NCBI GenBank assembly: GCA_958421325.1
Contig: CATZLO010000003.1
Span: 1-50,303, forward strand
DNA: 50,303 nt
From: an uncultured Bacilli bacterium
GTDB taxonomy: Bacteria > Bacillota_I > Bacilli_A > RF39 > UBA660
Direction of reading: 5' to 3'
Shown here: positions 10,100-18,739 of the stretch, one piece after another
How positions within the stretch are numbered: the first letter of the stretch is position 1
Layout: the number at the start of each line of letters is the position of its first letter
The notes under the pieces: generated by a model
Told to the model about the DNA's origin: nothing
The model's input: the letters and a program-made list of their open reading frames with translations, nothing else
Database searches by the model: none
Translations under genes and position numbers: made by a program

Positions 10100-10915
10100 A
10101 TGACAGATATTATTAATACAATCATTTTGGGAATTATTCAGGGGATTGCTGAATTTTTACCTATTTCAAGTAGTGCTCATTTAATTATATTTAGGGATTT
10201 ATTTGGAATAGGTGCCGATATGTCTACTAAAGTAGCTTTATGCTTTGATTTAGCCTTGCATTTAGGTACATTACTTGCAATAGCAGTATTTTTCTTTAAA
10301 GACTTTTTAAATATGGTTATAAAAGGTTTTACTAAGGGAGTTAAAGATAAAGATGGTAAATTATTTTTTCAAATAGTAGTTGCTACTATTCCTGCTGCTA
10401 TTGTAGGAGTCTTATTTGAAGAGACAATCGAAAATGCTATTAGAACTAACTATCTATTAATTGCAACTGCTCTAATAGTAATGGGAGTTATCATTTATTT
10501 AGTAGATAAAAACTGCAAAGAAGAAAAGAATACTAAAGAGATATCATTTAAAGATGCTATTATTATAGGATGTTCACAAGTCTTTGCTCTAATACCAGGC
10601 TTTTCTCGTAGTGGTACAACTATTGCTAGTGCTAGATGCTTAAAGGTAGATAGGGAAAGCGCTGCAAAGTTTTCTTTCTATTTATCAGCACCTGTTGTTC
10701 TTGGAGCTTGTATCTTACAGTTGTTCGATGATGGAGCTGTAGAATTAATAAGACAAAATGCTACTATATTTATCTTAGGGATTACTATATCATTTGTTAC
10801 TGGCTTAATTTGCATTAAATTTTTACTACATTATTTAAAAAAACACGACTTTAAACTGTTTATGTTTTACCGTATTATCCTTGCCTTAATTGTTATTTTT
10901 ACAGTAATATTTTAG
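10100..10915 (+). CDS. uppP: Undecaprenyl-diphosphate phosphatase
   Basis: BacA/UppP motifs GIIQGIAEFLPISSSAHL and PGFSRSGTTI. Polytopic membrane protein of typical length. Confidence 0.9.
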   Translation: MTDIINTIILGIIQGIAEFLPISSSAHLIIFRDLFGIGADMSTKVALCFDLALHLGTLLAIAVFFFKDFLNMVIKGFTKGVKDKDGKLFFQIVVATIPAAIVGVLFEETIENAIRTNYLLIATALIVMGVIIYLVDKNCKEEKNTKEISFKDAIIIGCSQVFALIPGFSRSGTTIASARCLKVDRESAAKFSFYLSAPVVLGACILQLFDDGAVELIRQNATIFILGITISFVTGLICIKFLLHYLKKHDFKLFMFYRIILALIVIFTVIF

Positions 10916-10967
10916 CTTGCTGATTTACTTAAGATAGGCAAAAATATATTCAAAGAGGTGATAACTT

Positions 10968-11717
10968 ATGTATAATACGCTTGCATTATTTATAACGTTT
11001 CTGTTGGGAATTTTTATAATTATAGGGGTTATAATAGCATTCTTTTTAAAAAAACAGAAGAAGGTTTTAGATTTTATCTTTGCCTTTGCTCTTTCAATTC
11101 TTACAATGTTAATATTAACAGATTTATTAGGACATACTATAGAACATTTAGGTATTAAACACATGTATTTATTTATTTTATTTTCTTGCCTTGGACTATT
11201 AATCTTTAAAATAATAGATGACTTTGTCCCTGAACATGAAGATAATAAAATGACTAAAAAAGAAGAAGAAAAAAATACTGTTCATATTGGTATTCTTGCA
11301 ACTATAGCTTTGATTATTCATAATTTTGTGGAAGGTATGGCTGTTTATTTAACAGCTACTAATGATATTAATCTAGGTATAATGATGGCTTTGGGAGTAG
11401 GGTTTCATAATATCCCATTAGGAATAATTATTACTACTACTTTAAATAATGGAGAAAAAATTGGTAAATATTTATTTTGTATAATTTCCTTATTTATATC
11501 AAGTTTTATAGGAGGATTATTACTTTATTTATTGAATATTAATATGGTAAGCGATATTGTAATAGGTTCTTTACTTGCCCTTACGATAGGTATGCTTTTA
11601 TATATTATTATTTTTGAGTTATATCCTAAAGTTAAGAAAACTACTAATAAAAAGGTTACTATTATAGGACTTTGCTGTGGAGTTGTGATTACTTTATTGG
11701 CAACGTTTGTAGGTTAG
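10968..11717 (+). CDS. ZIP-family metal (zinc) transporter
   Basis: Polytopic membrane protein with motif HNFVEGMAV...GVGFHNIPLG, typical of ZupT/ZIP. SD AGAGGTGA. Confidence 0.8.
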   Translation: MYNTLALFITFLLGIFIIIGVIIAFFLKKQKKVLDFIFAFALSILTMLILTDLLGHTIEHLGIKHMYLFILFSCLGLLIFKIIDDFVPEHEDNKMTKKEEEKNTVHIGILATIALIIHNFVEGMAVYLTATNDINLGIMMALGVGFHNIPLGIIITTTLNNGEKIGKYLFCIISLFISSFIGGLLLYLLNINMVSDIVIGSLLALTIGMLLYIIIFELYPKVKKTTNKKVTIIGLCCGVVITLLATFVG

Positions 11718-11725
11718 GTGTTATT

Positions 11726-12457
11726 ATGTTAGATATAATTTGTTATATTTTTCTCTTGTTTATTCTTTATTCATTTTTTGGTTATATTATAGAGATAATC
11801 ACTTGTTCTTTTGGAACAAAAAAATTAGTGTTAAATCGAGGCTTCTTTTTGGGACCGTATTTACCTATATATGGAATATCATGCCTTCTAATGGGTTCAT
11901 TCATTATAAGATATAAATCTGATTTAGTTACAGTTTTTGTTATGAGTGCTTTTGTTTGTACAACCATAGAATATATTACTAGTTATATTTTAGAAAAAAT
12001 ATTTAAAGCTAGATGGTGGGATTATAGTGATAAAAGGTTTAATATTGAAGGGAGAGTTTGTTTATTTAATGCCTTTCTTTTTGGAATAGGAGGAGTTTTC
12101 TTTACCTATGTTCTAAATCCAATAGTTATATCTATTGTAGGAAAGATTCCTGTATTAGTATTAAGAGTCATTTCTATTATTTTAATGATTATCTTTATTA
12201 CTGATGTTATTATAACTATTAGAACACTTTATCAAGTTAAAATATCGTCATTAAAATTTAAAAGTCGGGATGTAACTGCCGAACTTACTAAATTAATTAG
12301 GGAAGAGCTAACTAAAAAGCGAGATATTAAAACTAATTTCTTTGTTAGTCATATGTTAAATGCCTTTCCTTGGATAAAATCAAATGATTATGATAGTCCT
12401 TTAAGTAAGTTGAAAAGGTATAGTGCTAAAAATAAAAAGAGAAAAGATAACTGTTAA
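11726..12457 (+). CDS. Polytopic membrane protein of the putative ABC-transporter type IV (DUF1113-like) family
   Basis: YSFFGYIIE...RGFFLGPYLPIYGIS...KARWWDYS motif pattern. Start placed at ATG 11726, after SD AGGTG; the track start at 11672 overlaps the ZIP gene. Confidence 0.6.
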   Translation: MLDIICYIFLLFILYSFFGYIIEIITCSFGTKKLVLNRGFFLGPYLPIYGISCLLMGSFIIRYKSDLVTVFVMSAFVCTTIEYITSYILEKIFKARWWDYSDKRFNIEGRVCLFNAFLFGIGGVFFTYVLNPIVISIVGKIPVLVLRVISIILMIIFITDVIITIRTLYQVKISSLKFKSRDVTAELTKLIREELTKKRDIKTNFFVSHMLNAFPWIKSNDYDSPLSKLKRYSAKNKKRKDNC

Positions 12458-12476
12458 CCTGTATAGTAATATAATT

Positions 12477-12503
12477 AATAATAATATTTAAAATATTATT
12501 ATT
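12477..12503. repeat. Perfect AT-only 12-bp inverted repeat (possible weak terminator)
   Basis: aataataatatt-taa-aatattattatt, between the membrane-protein gene and the PMM/PGM gene. Confidence 0.3.
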
Positions 12504-12521
12504 TATGGAGAAAGGATAATT

Positions 12522-13895
12522 ATGAAGAAAAAAGAAAACATTAATAAATATATATTTAGAGGCTATGATATTAGAGGCGTTGTTCCTACTGATATTGATG
12601 TAGATACTGCATACACTATAGGTTTAGGCTTTGGTAGTAGGCTATATGAACTTGGAAAGAATAAATGTGTAGTAGGACATGATAATAGATTATCATCTCC
12701 TGATTTGCATCAGGCCCTAATTCAAGGTCTTATTGATACAGGAGTTAATGTGTATGATTTAGGGACTTGTACAACACCAATGTATTATTATGGATGTATC
12801 AATTTAAAAATAGATTCAGGTATTATGATAACTGCTAGTCATAATCCTAAAGATGAAAATGGTTTTAAATTTGCTTTTTCTAATTATGATAATGCTAAAG
12901 GAAAGGAAATAGAAGATTTTTATAACTTTATAAAGAAAGGTAATTTTCATTATGGAAAAGGCTCTATTACTAAAAAAAATGTAAAAGAAGATTATTTAAG
13001 TGCTTTAACAGATAATTTGTCTTTTGGTAAAAGAAAAGTTAAAGTAGTACTAGATCCTGGTAATGGGACCACAGCTACTCTTTTAGATGATGTTTTTAAA
13101 AGAGTAAATGTAGACTATATCATTATTAATGGCGAAAGTGATGGGAATTTTCCAAATCATCATCCAGATCCATCTGTTGAAAGTAATTTGACCGTTTTAA
13201 AAGAAACAGTAAAGGAAAAGAGTTTTGATATAGGACTTGCCTTTGATGGAGATGGTGATAGAGTAGGAGTTGTTTCGGCTGAGGGGAACTTCATACCAAT
13301 AGATTATTACATGATTATAATTATTAGAAATATTATTAATAAAATAAGCAATAAAACATTTCTTTATGATGTTAAATGCAGTAAAAGTCTAGAAGATGAA
13401 ATTATTAAACTAGGAGGAACACCTTACTGTTATAGAACAGGTAATTCATATACTAAAGCAAAAGTTAAAGAATTAGATCTTGCCTTTGGAGGAGAATTAT
13501 CTGGTCATGTTTACTTTAGAGATAAATTTTTAGGTTTTGATAGTGGTATATATGCGGGCCTTAGATTACTAGAAATTCTTTCTAATACTAATAAGACTTT
13601 AGAAGGCCTACTAGTTGGTATTAATAGATATTATTCAACGCCTGAAATGAAATATAAAACAACTGATGAGAATAAGTTTTATGTGGTTGAAAAAATAGAA
13701 AATTATTGTAAAGAAAAAGGTTATACTTATAATAGCATAGATGGTGTTAGAGTAACTTTTGTTGACTCTTGGGCTAGTCTTAGAGCCTCTAATACGGGAC
13801 CTAACTTAACGGCTAGATTCGAAGCCTCTACCGAGGAGAGATTAGAAAGTATTAAAAATGAATTTGAAAGTTTAATCTTTAAGTACAATAAATAG
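12522..13895 (+). CDS. Phosphomannomutase/phosphoglucomutase family enzyme (alpha-D-phosphohexomutase)
   Basis: FRGYDIRGV N-terminus, active-site loop TASHNPKDENGFK, metal loop FDGDGDRV, sugar loop GELSGH. Confidence 0.85.
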   Translation: MKKKENINKYIFRGYDIRGVVPTDIDVDTAYTIGLGFGSRLYELGKNKCVVGHDNRLSSPDLHQALIQGLIDTGVNVYDLGTCTTPMYYYGCINLKIDSGIMITASHNPKDENGFKFAFSNYDNAKGKEIEDFYNFIKKGNFHYGKGSITKKNVKEDYLSALTDNLSFGKRKVKVVLDPGNGTTATLLDDVFKRVNVDYIIINGESDGNFPNHHPDPSVESNLTVLKETVKEKSFDIGLAFDGDGDRVGVVSAEGNFIPIDYYMIIIIRNIINKISNKTFLYDVKCSKSLEDEIIKLGGTPYCYRTGNSYTKAKVKELDLAFGGELSGHVYFRDKFLGFDSGIYAGLRLLEILSNTNKTLEGLLVGINRYYSTPEMKYKTTDENKFYVVEKIENYCKEKGYTYNSIDGVRVTFVDSWASLRASNTGPNLTARFEASTEERLESIKNEFESLIFKYNK

Positions 13896-13932
13896 GTTAA
13901 AAACATATCTTATAATAGGAAGGATGACTAAA

Positions 13933-15015
13933 ATGAAGGTAGTTATAACTGCAGGAGGTACAGGGGGACATATCTTCCCCGCTTTGGCACTTATTTCCAA
14001 ACTTAAAGAAAAAGATAAGGATGTAGAAGTCCTTTATATTGGGACAACTAATAGAATGGAAAAAGATATAATACCTAAAGAAGGAATACCTTATATAGGT
14101 ATAGAGATGAAAGGTTTAAATAGGAAGAATATCTTTAAAAATGTTGGTGTTATGAAAACATATTTTAAAGCAGTATCTAAAGCTAAAGTAGAGATAACTA
14201 AATTTAAACCAGATGTAGTTATTGGTTTTGGAGGATATATATCTGCACCTGTTATTTATGCAGCAAGTAAATTAAAAATAAAAACTATTATTCATGAGCA
14301 GAATTCTATACCAGGTGTTTCTAATAAATTCCTATCAAGATATGTAGATAAAGTATTAGTTTCTTTTAAAGAGAATATTAAAGATTTTCCAAGTAGTAAA
14401 ACAATATATACAGGTAATCCTCGTAGTGAACAGATAAAAGATATAAAAAAGGTAAGTAAAACGGAATTAGGATTTAAAAAAGATAAGGATCTTGTTATAA
14501 TAGTAATGGGTTCACTTGGGTCCTTAACAATGACCAAAAAGTTAAAGGAAATAATACCTATATTTAGAAATAAAGATTACCAAGTATTATTAATAACTGG
14601 TAAAGATTATTATGATGATTATAAAGATATAAAAATAAGTAGTAATGTAAAATTAGTTCCCTTTATAGATAATTTAATAGGCCTAATGAAGGATGCAGAT
14701 TTAATAATAACTAGAAGTGGAGCTTCTACTATTGCAGAAATCACTAGTATAGGACTTCCTGCTATTATGGTTCCTAGCCCCTATGTTACTAATAATCATC
14801 AGTATATAAATGCTAAAAGCTTGGAAGATGATGGGGCATGTATTATTTTAAAAGAAGAAGATTTTAATAAGAGTAGTTTAATTAATCTATTAGATAAAAC
14901 TATTAACGATAAAGATAAACTAAAGAAAATGCGAGAGGCTTTACTTAAACGAGGAGTATTAGATAGTGCAACTAGAGTATATGAAGAGACTATAAAGTTA
15001 GTTAGGGATGAGTAG
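13933..15015 (+). CDS. murG: UDP-N-acetylglucosamine:lipid I GlcNAc transferase
   Basis: MKVVITAGGTGGHIFPALA N-terminus and HEQN motif. Start placed at ATG 13933, 9 nt after SD AGGAAGG; the track start is 13924. Confidence 0.9.
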   Translation: MKVVITAGGTGGHIFPALALISKLKEKDKDVEVLYIGTTNRMEKDIIPKEGIPYIGIEMKGLNRKNIFKNVGVMKTYFKAVSKAKVEITKFKPDVVIGFGGYISAPVIYAASKLKIKTIIHEQNSIPGVSNKFLSRYVDKVLVSFKENIKDFPSSKTIYTGNPRSEQIKDIKKVSKTELGFKKDKDLVIIVMGSLGSLTMTKKLKEIIPIFRNKDYQVLLITGKDYYDDYKDIKISSNVKLVPFIDNLIGLMKDADLIITRSGASTIAEITSIGLPAIMVPSPYVTNNHQYINAKSLEDDGACIILKEEDFNKSSLINLLDKTINDKDKLKKMREALLKRGVLDSATRVYEETIKLVRDE

Positions 15016-15016
15016 G

Positions 15017-15925
15017 ATGAAGGAATTTTTAAAAGAAGTAGAAAAAAACGATATTGGCAAAATATTAAAAGATGTCTTTAGCAGTAGATATACAACTTAT
15101 AAAGTAGGAGGTTTAGTAAGAGCGATAATAATACCTAAAAATACTGATAAGCTTGTATTATTATGTAAATTGATTAGAAAATATAATATTAAATACAAAA
15201 TACTAGGTAACGGAAGTAATGTACTATTTAGTGATAAAACTTATGAAGGAGTTTTAATTAAATTAGATGAAATTAATAAAATAGAGTTTTTTGGTACTAA
15301 AGTAATTTGCGGTGCGGGAGCGTCTTTAATGAAGGTAGCAAGGGAGTCTATAAAAAAAGGCCTTGCTGGCTTGGAATTTGCAACAGGTATACCAGGAACT
15401 ATTGGCGGAGCAGTATATATGAATGCTGGTGCTTACAAAAGTGATATGGGTTATATTACTAGAAGTGTTAAGGTTCTAACAGATGATTTAAAAATTATAA
15501 CATTAACTAATGAAGAGATGGATTTTCATTATCGTAGTAGTTTTTTACAAAGTCATCCTAACTATATTTGTTTAGAAGCATCATTAAGCCTTAAAAAAGG
15601 TGATAAAAATGCTTTAGAAGAAGTTGTTAAAGATAGAAAATCAAGAAGAGTTAAATCTCAACCTTTGAGTTATCCTAGTGCAGGCAGTGTTTTTAGAAAC
15701 CCAGAAAATGCTGATCCTGCTGGTAAGTTAATAGAAGATTTGGGACTTAAAGGACTTACTAAAGGGGGAGCGGAGGTTAGTGTTGTTCATGCTAATTTTA
15801 TAATTAATAAAAATAATGCTAGTGCTAAAGATATATATGATTTAATTAACTTTGTGAAAGATGCAGTTAAAGAGCATTATGGAGTAGATTTAAAAGTAGA
15901 ACAGGAATTTGTAAATTGGGAGTAA
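15017..15925 (+). CDS. murB: UDP-N-acetylenolpyruvoylglucosamine reductase
   Basis: FAD-binding motifs YTTYKVGG and LGNGSN, plus PSAGSVFRNP. Alternative start at ATG 15008. Confidence 0.9.
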   Translation: MKEFLKEVEKNDIGKILKDVFSSRYTTYKVGGLVRAIIIPKNTDKLVLLCKLIRKYNIKYKILGNGSNVLFSDKTYEGVLIKLDEINKIEFFGTKVICGAGASLMKVARESIKKGLAGLEFATGIPGTIGGAVYMNAGAYKSDMGYITRSVKVLTDDLKIITLTNEEMDFHYRSSFLQSHPNYICLEASLSLKKGDKNALEEVVKDRKSRRVKSQPLSYPSAGSVFRNPENADPAGKLIEDLGLKGLTKGGAEVSVVHANFIINKNNASAKDIYDLINFVKDAVKEHYGVDLKVEQEFVNWE

Positions 15926-15928
15926 TCT

Positions 15929-16612
15929 ATGGCTAAAGTAATCAAGAAGAAGAAATTAAGACTATTACCTTTTCTAATATTTATTATAGCAATTACTATA
16001 ATAGTTTTTACATGCCTATTAATTCTTGATACTAAAGTTAAAAATATTATAATTACTGGTAATGAAGTATTAAGTGATGATGAAATAATAGATTTAGCAG
16101 GACTTACTAATTATCCGAGTTTCTATAAAACTTTAAATATAACTATGAAAAATAATATTACTAAAGAGCCTTTAATAAAAAGTGTTAATATTAATAGAAA
16201 GTTCTATCATATTATAGAAATTAAAGTAGAAGAATATAAAATACTTTATAAAAGAGAGGATAATGGTAAATATGTTTTAGAAAATAATAAAGAGATTACC
16301 CTTTCTAAAAGAACACCTTACACTATACCTAGATTGATTAATGAGATACCTACTAACAAACTAGATATTTTTATAAAATATTTTAAAAGAATAGACTTAA
16401 ATATAAGAGAAAAGATTAGTGAAATAAACTATGTCCCAAATGAATTTGATGATGATAGATTTTTACTTTATATGGATGATGGTAATAGTGTATATATGAC
16501 TATTACTAAATTTGAAAGGCTTAATTATTATAATGATGTATTACCACAGTTAGATGGTAGGAAAGGAATACTTTATTTAGATTCTGGCAACCATTTTCAG
16601 ATAATGGAATAA
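15929..16612 (+). CDS. ftsQ: Cell-division protein FtsQ/DivIB
   Basis: N-terminal basic region, single TM, POTRA-like segment (IIITGNEVLSDDEIIDLAGL). Sits at the end of the mur/dcw block. Confidence 0.75.
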   Translation: MAKVIKKKKLRLLPFLIFIIAITIIVFTCLLILDTKVKNIIITGNEVLSDDEIIDLAGLTNYPSFYKTLNITMKNNITKEPLIKSVNINRKFYHIIEIKVEEYKILYKREDNGKYVLENNKEITLSKRTPYTIPRLINEIPTNKLDIFIKYFKRIDLNIREKISEINYVPNEFDDDRFLLYMDDGNSVYMTITKFERLNYYNDVLPQLDGRKGILYLDSGNHFQIME

Positions 16613-16755
16613 AGTTTTTTTGACACTTATTTTACTACTTATAAATAAGTTACTTGCATTACTCCTATATTTTGTTTTATAATCTAGATATAAGGTATGA
16701 AGAGTAGTAATCAATACATACTAATTATAAAAGTAACTAGGTTGGTGATGCAAAA

Positions 16756-18606
16756 ATGAAAAGATTACTATTAGAAACAAGTTTATCTAAAATGTATATA
16801 TTAGTAGTAGGATTAATATCACTATTGATAATGGGGGGATATTTTTCTTATGCTATGTTTACAGTTAGTAAAGAAAAAGATAATGCAATAAGCATAATAA
16901 CGGGAAATTTAACTTATGAGTTATTAGTAGATGGGAAGCAAAGGTTTCAAATAACAATACCTTCTGGTGAAACTGTTACCCACACAATTACATTAACAAA
17001 TACAAGTAGTGTTCCTGCAAAGTTTATACTTTATTATTCTGATAGCAGTATTTATGACGGAGTGACAGTAGGATATGTCAATGAAAATGGTTATAGTATT
17101 CCCCCAGATAAGAATGGAGTTATTTTAAGTGCAGTAGGTACAGCTGGTTCAAGTCAAACATATCGTATAAAAATATCAGGTAATCAGTCTTCAGATAGAC
17201 GTATTTTAGGATTAAGCGTTCAAAGTGGTCTTGATTATAATGAATTAACATTACCAAGTAGTGGGCATACATTTGATGAATATCCGAATTATGCAGCTGA
17301 TATTCTTTTAGCAGATCAAGGAGGAAACGGCAGTACCTATGATGATGGAGTTGATACTTTTATAACAGGAACTGACCCTAATAACTATATATGGTATAGT
17401 GGTAAGTTATGGAGAGCAGTATCTGTTAATAATCAAGCAAAGACAACAAAGTTAGTAACCCAATGGAATATAAGTGCAATTGCATATAACGCGATTCGTA
17501 ATACAGCCTTTGCAGAAAGTTATATGGAAGATTGGTTAAATGATACAACCGTAGATGGCTTTCTAGGTAATTTAAGAGATTGTGAGAATTTCATTGTAAC
17601 CGATGCAGTATGGGATGCGACAATGGATAATACAGCTTTAGGAGGTATAACAAGACCTAATGGAACGACAACAGTAACTTCCCCTATAGGACTTTTGAAT
17701 ATGTATGAATATCAAGAAAGTTTTAGAGGAATAACTTCTAGTAATGGTTATCTAAATAATGGACTTCATTGGTGGACCTTAACACCATATAGTGCGTCTT
17801 ACGTGCGTTACGTTTACTACAGAGGTAACGCGGACTACGGTACTCCGGCCGTGCAGAGCGGTGTCCGCCCGTCTATAAATCTAAAATCTAGCGTTCGTAT
17901 AGTAGATGGGGATGGAACAATAGATAATCCATATCGCTTAGAAGGAGATAATGATACTAATCTTTCAGGAACGCTTCTTTCAAGTAGATATAGCGGAGAA
18001 TACATTCGCTTTGGAAATGATGAAAATACCCTATATAGAATAGTAAGTCATGAAAATGGAACAGGAACAAAGATAACCAGTGCCGAACCCCTAAAGAGTT
18101 CTGGTAAATTTATAGAAAGGACTTTTGGAAGTAATACAACGTTTTCAAGTAATAATATTATAGGAGCATTTTTAAATGGTGACTATCTAACAAATTATGT
18201 AGGAAGTACATATAGTAATATGATAGAAGATAATACAACATGGTATTTAGGAACAGTAGAAGGTGGAAGAAGTTATAGATTAGCAAAATATACAGATACT
18301 GCTATGAGTAGTTTAACTAGTTCAACTACAAATGCCAAAGTAGGATTACTTCGTTTAGGTGAATTAATGGCAGGACAATTTGAAAAATATTTTGAAAATG
18401 GAGGTACTACAGGACTAACAACTGATTATTGGACCTTAACACCACTCGATGCGTCTTACGTGTGTGACGTCAACATCTATGGTTACGGGTCCAACTTTGC
18501 TTCGACCCACGTGGACGGTGTTCGCCCATCTCTAAATCTAAAATCTAACGTGAAGATAACTTCAGGAACAGGTACTAAAACTGATCCGTTTATACTATCT
18601 ATTTAG
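16756..18606 (+). CDS. Secreted or membrane-anchored surface protein with two tandem ~219-aa modules, each ending WWTLTP...GVRPS[IL]NLK
   Basis: N-terminal signal/anchor (YILVVGLISLLIMGGYFSYAMFT), then an Ig-like-looking region and two repeated modules. Each module carries a GC-rich cassette at its C-terminal end (listed separately). Confidence 0.85.
   Translation: MKRLLLETSLSKMYILVVGLISLLIMGGYFSYAMFTVSKEKDNAISIITGNLTYELLVDGKQRFQITIPSGETVTHTITLTNTSSVPAKFILYYSDSSIYDGVTVGYVNENGYSIPPDKNGVILSAVGTAGSSQTYRIKISGNQSSDRRILGLSVQSGLDYNELTLPSSGHTFDEYPNYAADILLADQGGNGSTYDDGVDTFITGTDPNNYIWYSGKLWRAVSVNNQAKTTKLVTQWNISAIAYNAIRNTAFAESYMEDWLNDTTVDGFLGNLRDCENFIVTDAVWDATMDNTALGGITRPNGTTTVTSPIGLLNMYEYQESFRGITSSNGYLNNGLHWWTLTPYSASYVRYVYYRGNADYGTPAVQSGVRPSINLKSSVRIVDGDGTIDNPYRLEGDNDTNLSGTLLSSRYSGEYIRFGNDENTLYRIVSHENGTGTKITSAEPLKSSGKFIERTFGSNTTFSSNNIIGAFLNGDYLTNYVGSTYSNMIEDNTTWYLGTVEGGRSYRLAKYTDTAMSSLTSSTTNAKVGLLRLGELMAGQFEKYFENGGTTGLTTDYWTLTPLDASYVCDVNIYGYGSNFASTHVDGVRPSLNLKSNVKITSGTGTKTDPFILSI
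17770..17890 (+). repeat. GC-rich, adenine-poor cassette 1 (candidate DGR variable region)
   Basis: Encodes WWTLTPYSASYVRYVYYRGNADYGTPAVQSGVRPSINLKS. The core 17788-17874 is about 57% G+C and 18% A by hand count, with codons gcg, cgt, cgc, ccg and gtg. Confidence 0.55.
18427..18547 (+). repeat. GC-rich, adenine-poor cassette 2 (candidate DGR variable region)
   Basis: Encodes YWTLTPLDASYVCDVNIYGYGSNFASTHVDGVRPSLNLKS. Codon-colinear with cassette 1. The core 18445-18531 is about 54% G+C and 16% A by hand count. Confidence 0.55.
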
Positions 18607-18638
18607 TAATATAATTTAAAAAAAGTTGGCAAAAAGAG

Positions 18639-18667
18639 TTGACAAGTGCCAATTTTTTTCATATACT
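18639..18667 (+). promoter_or_regulatory. Sigma-A promoter of the hrcA-grpE-dnaK operon
   Basis: TTGACA (18639-18644), 17-nt spacer, TATACT (18662-18667). Confidence 0.6.
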
Positions 18668-18671
18668 GATA

Positions 18672-18698
18672 TTGGCAATGGAAAAGTGGGAATGCTAA
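18672..18698 (+). promoter_or_regulatory. Degenerate CIRCE-like operator (HrcA site)
   Basis: TTGGCAATG-N9-GAATGCTAA compared with consensus TTAGCACTC-N9-GAGTGCTAA (6/9 and 8/9 matches). It lies immediately downstream of the -10, as expected. Confidence 0.45.
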
Positions 18699-18739
18699 AA
18701 TTAGTATTTAACCAGTTAATCAGTGCTTTGGAGGTAGTT

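Noticed and set aside
17788-17874. GC-rich patches as embedded structured RNA genes (tRNA-like or other ncRNA) inside the CDS
   Set aside because: The reading frame stays open. The two patches are colinear codon by codon, and I could not fold a cloverleaf or an extended stem from them.
17770-18547. One cassette acting as the DGR template repeat (TR) of the other
   Set aside because: Mismatches are not confined to adenines in either direction. For example, tat vs ctc, gtg vs cac and ggt vs ttt involve non-A bases in both copies. Both copies are also in-frame coding sequence. If a DGR is involved, both are VRs.
18626-18739. 5' extensions of track ORFs (hrcA from 18626; also pepF from 22237, addB from 1059 and others)
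   Set aside because: The extensions run across promoter or terminator elements and start at non-ATG codons without an SD. Downstream ATGs with proper SD spacing match the conserved N-termini.
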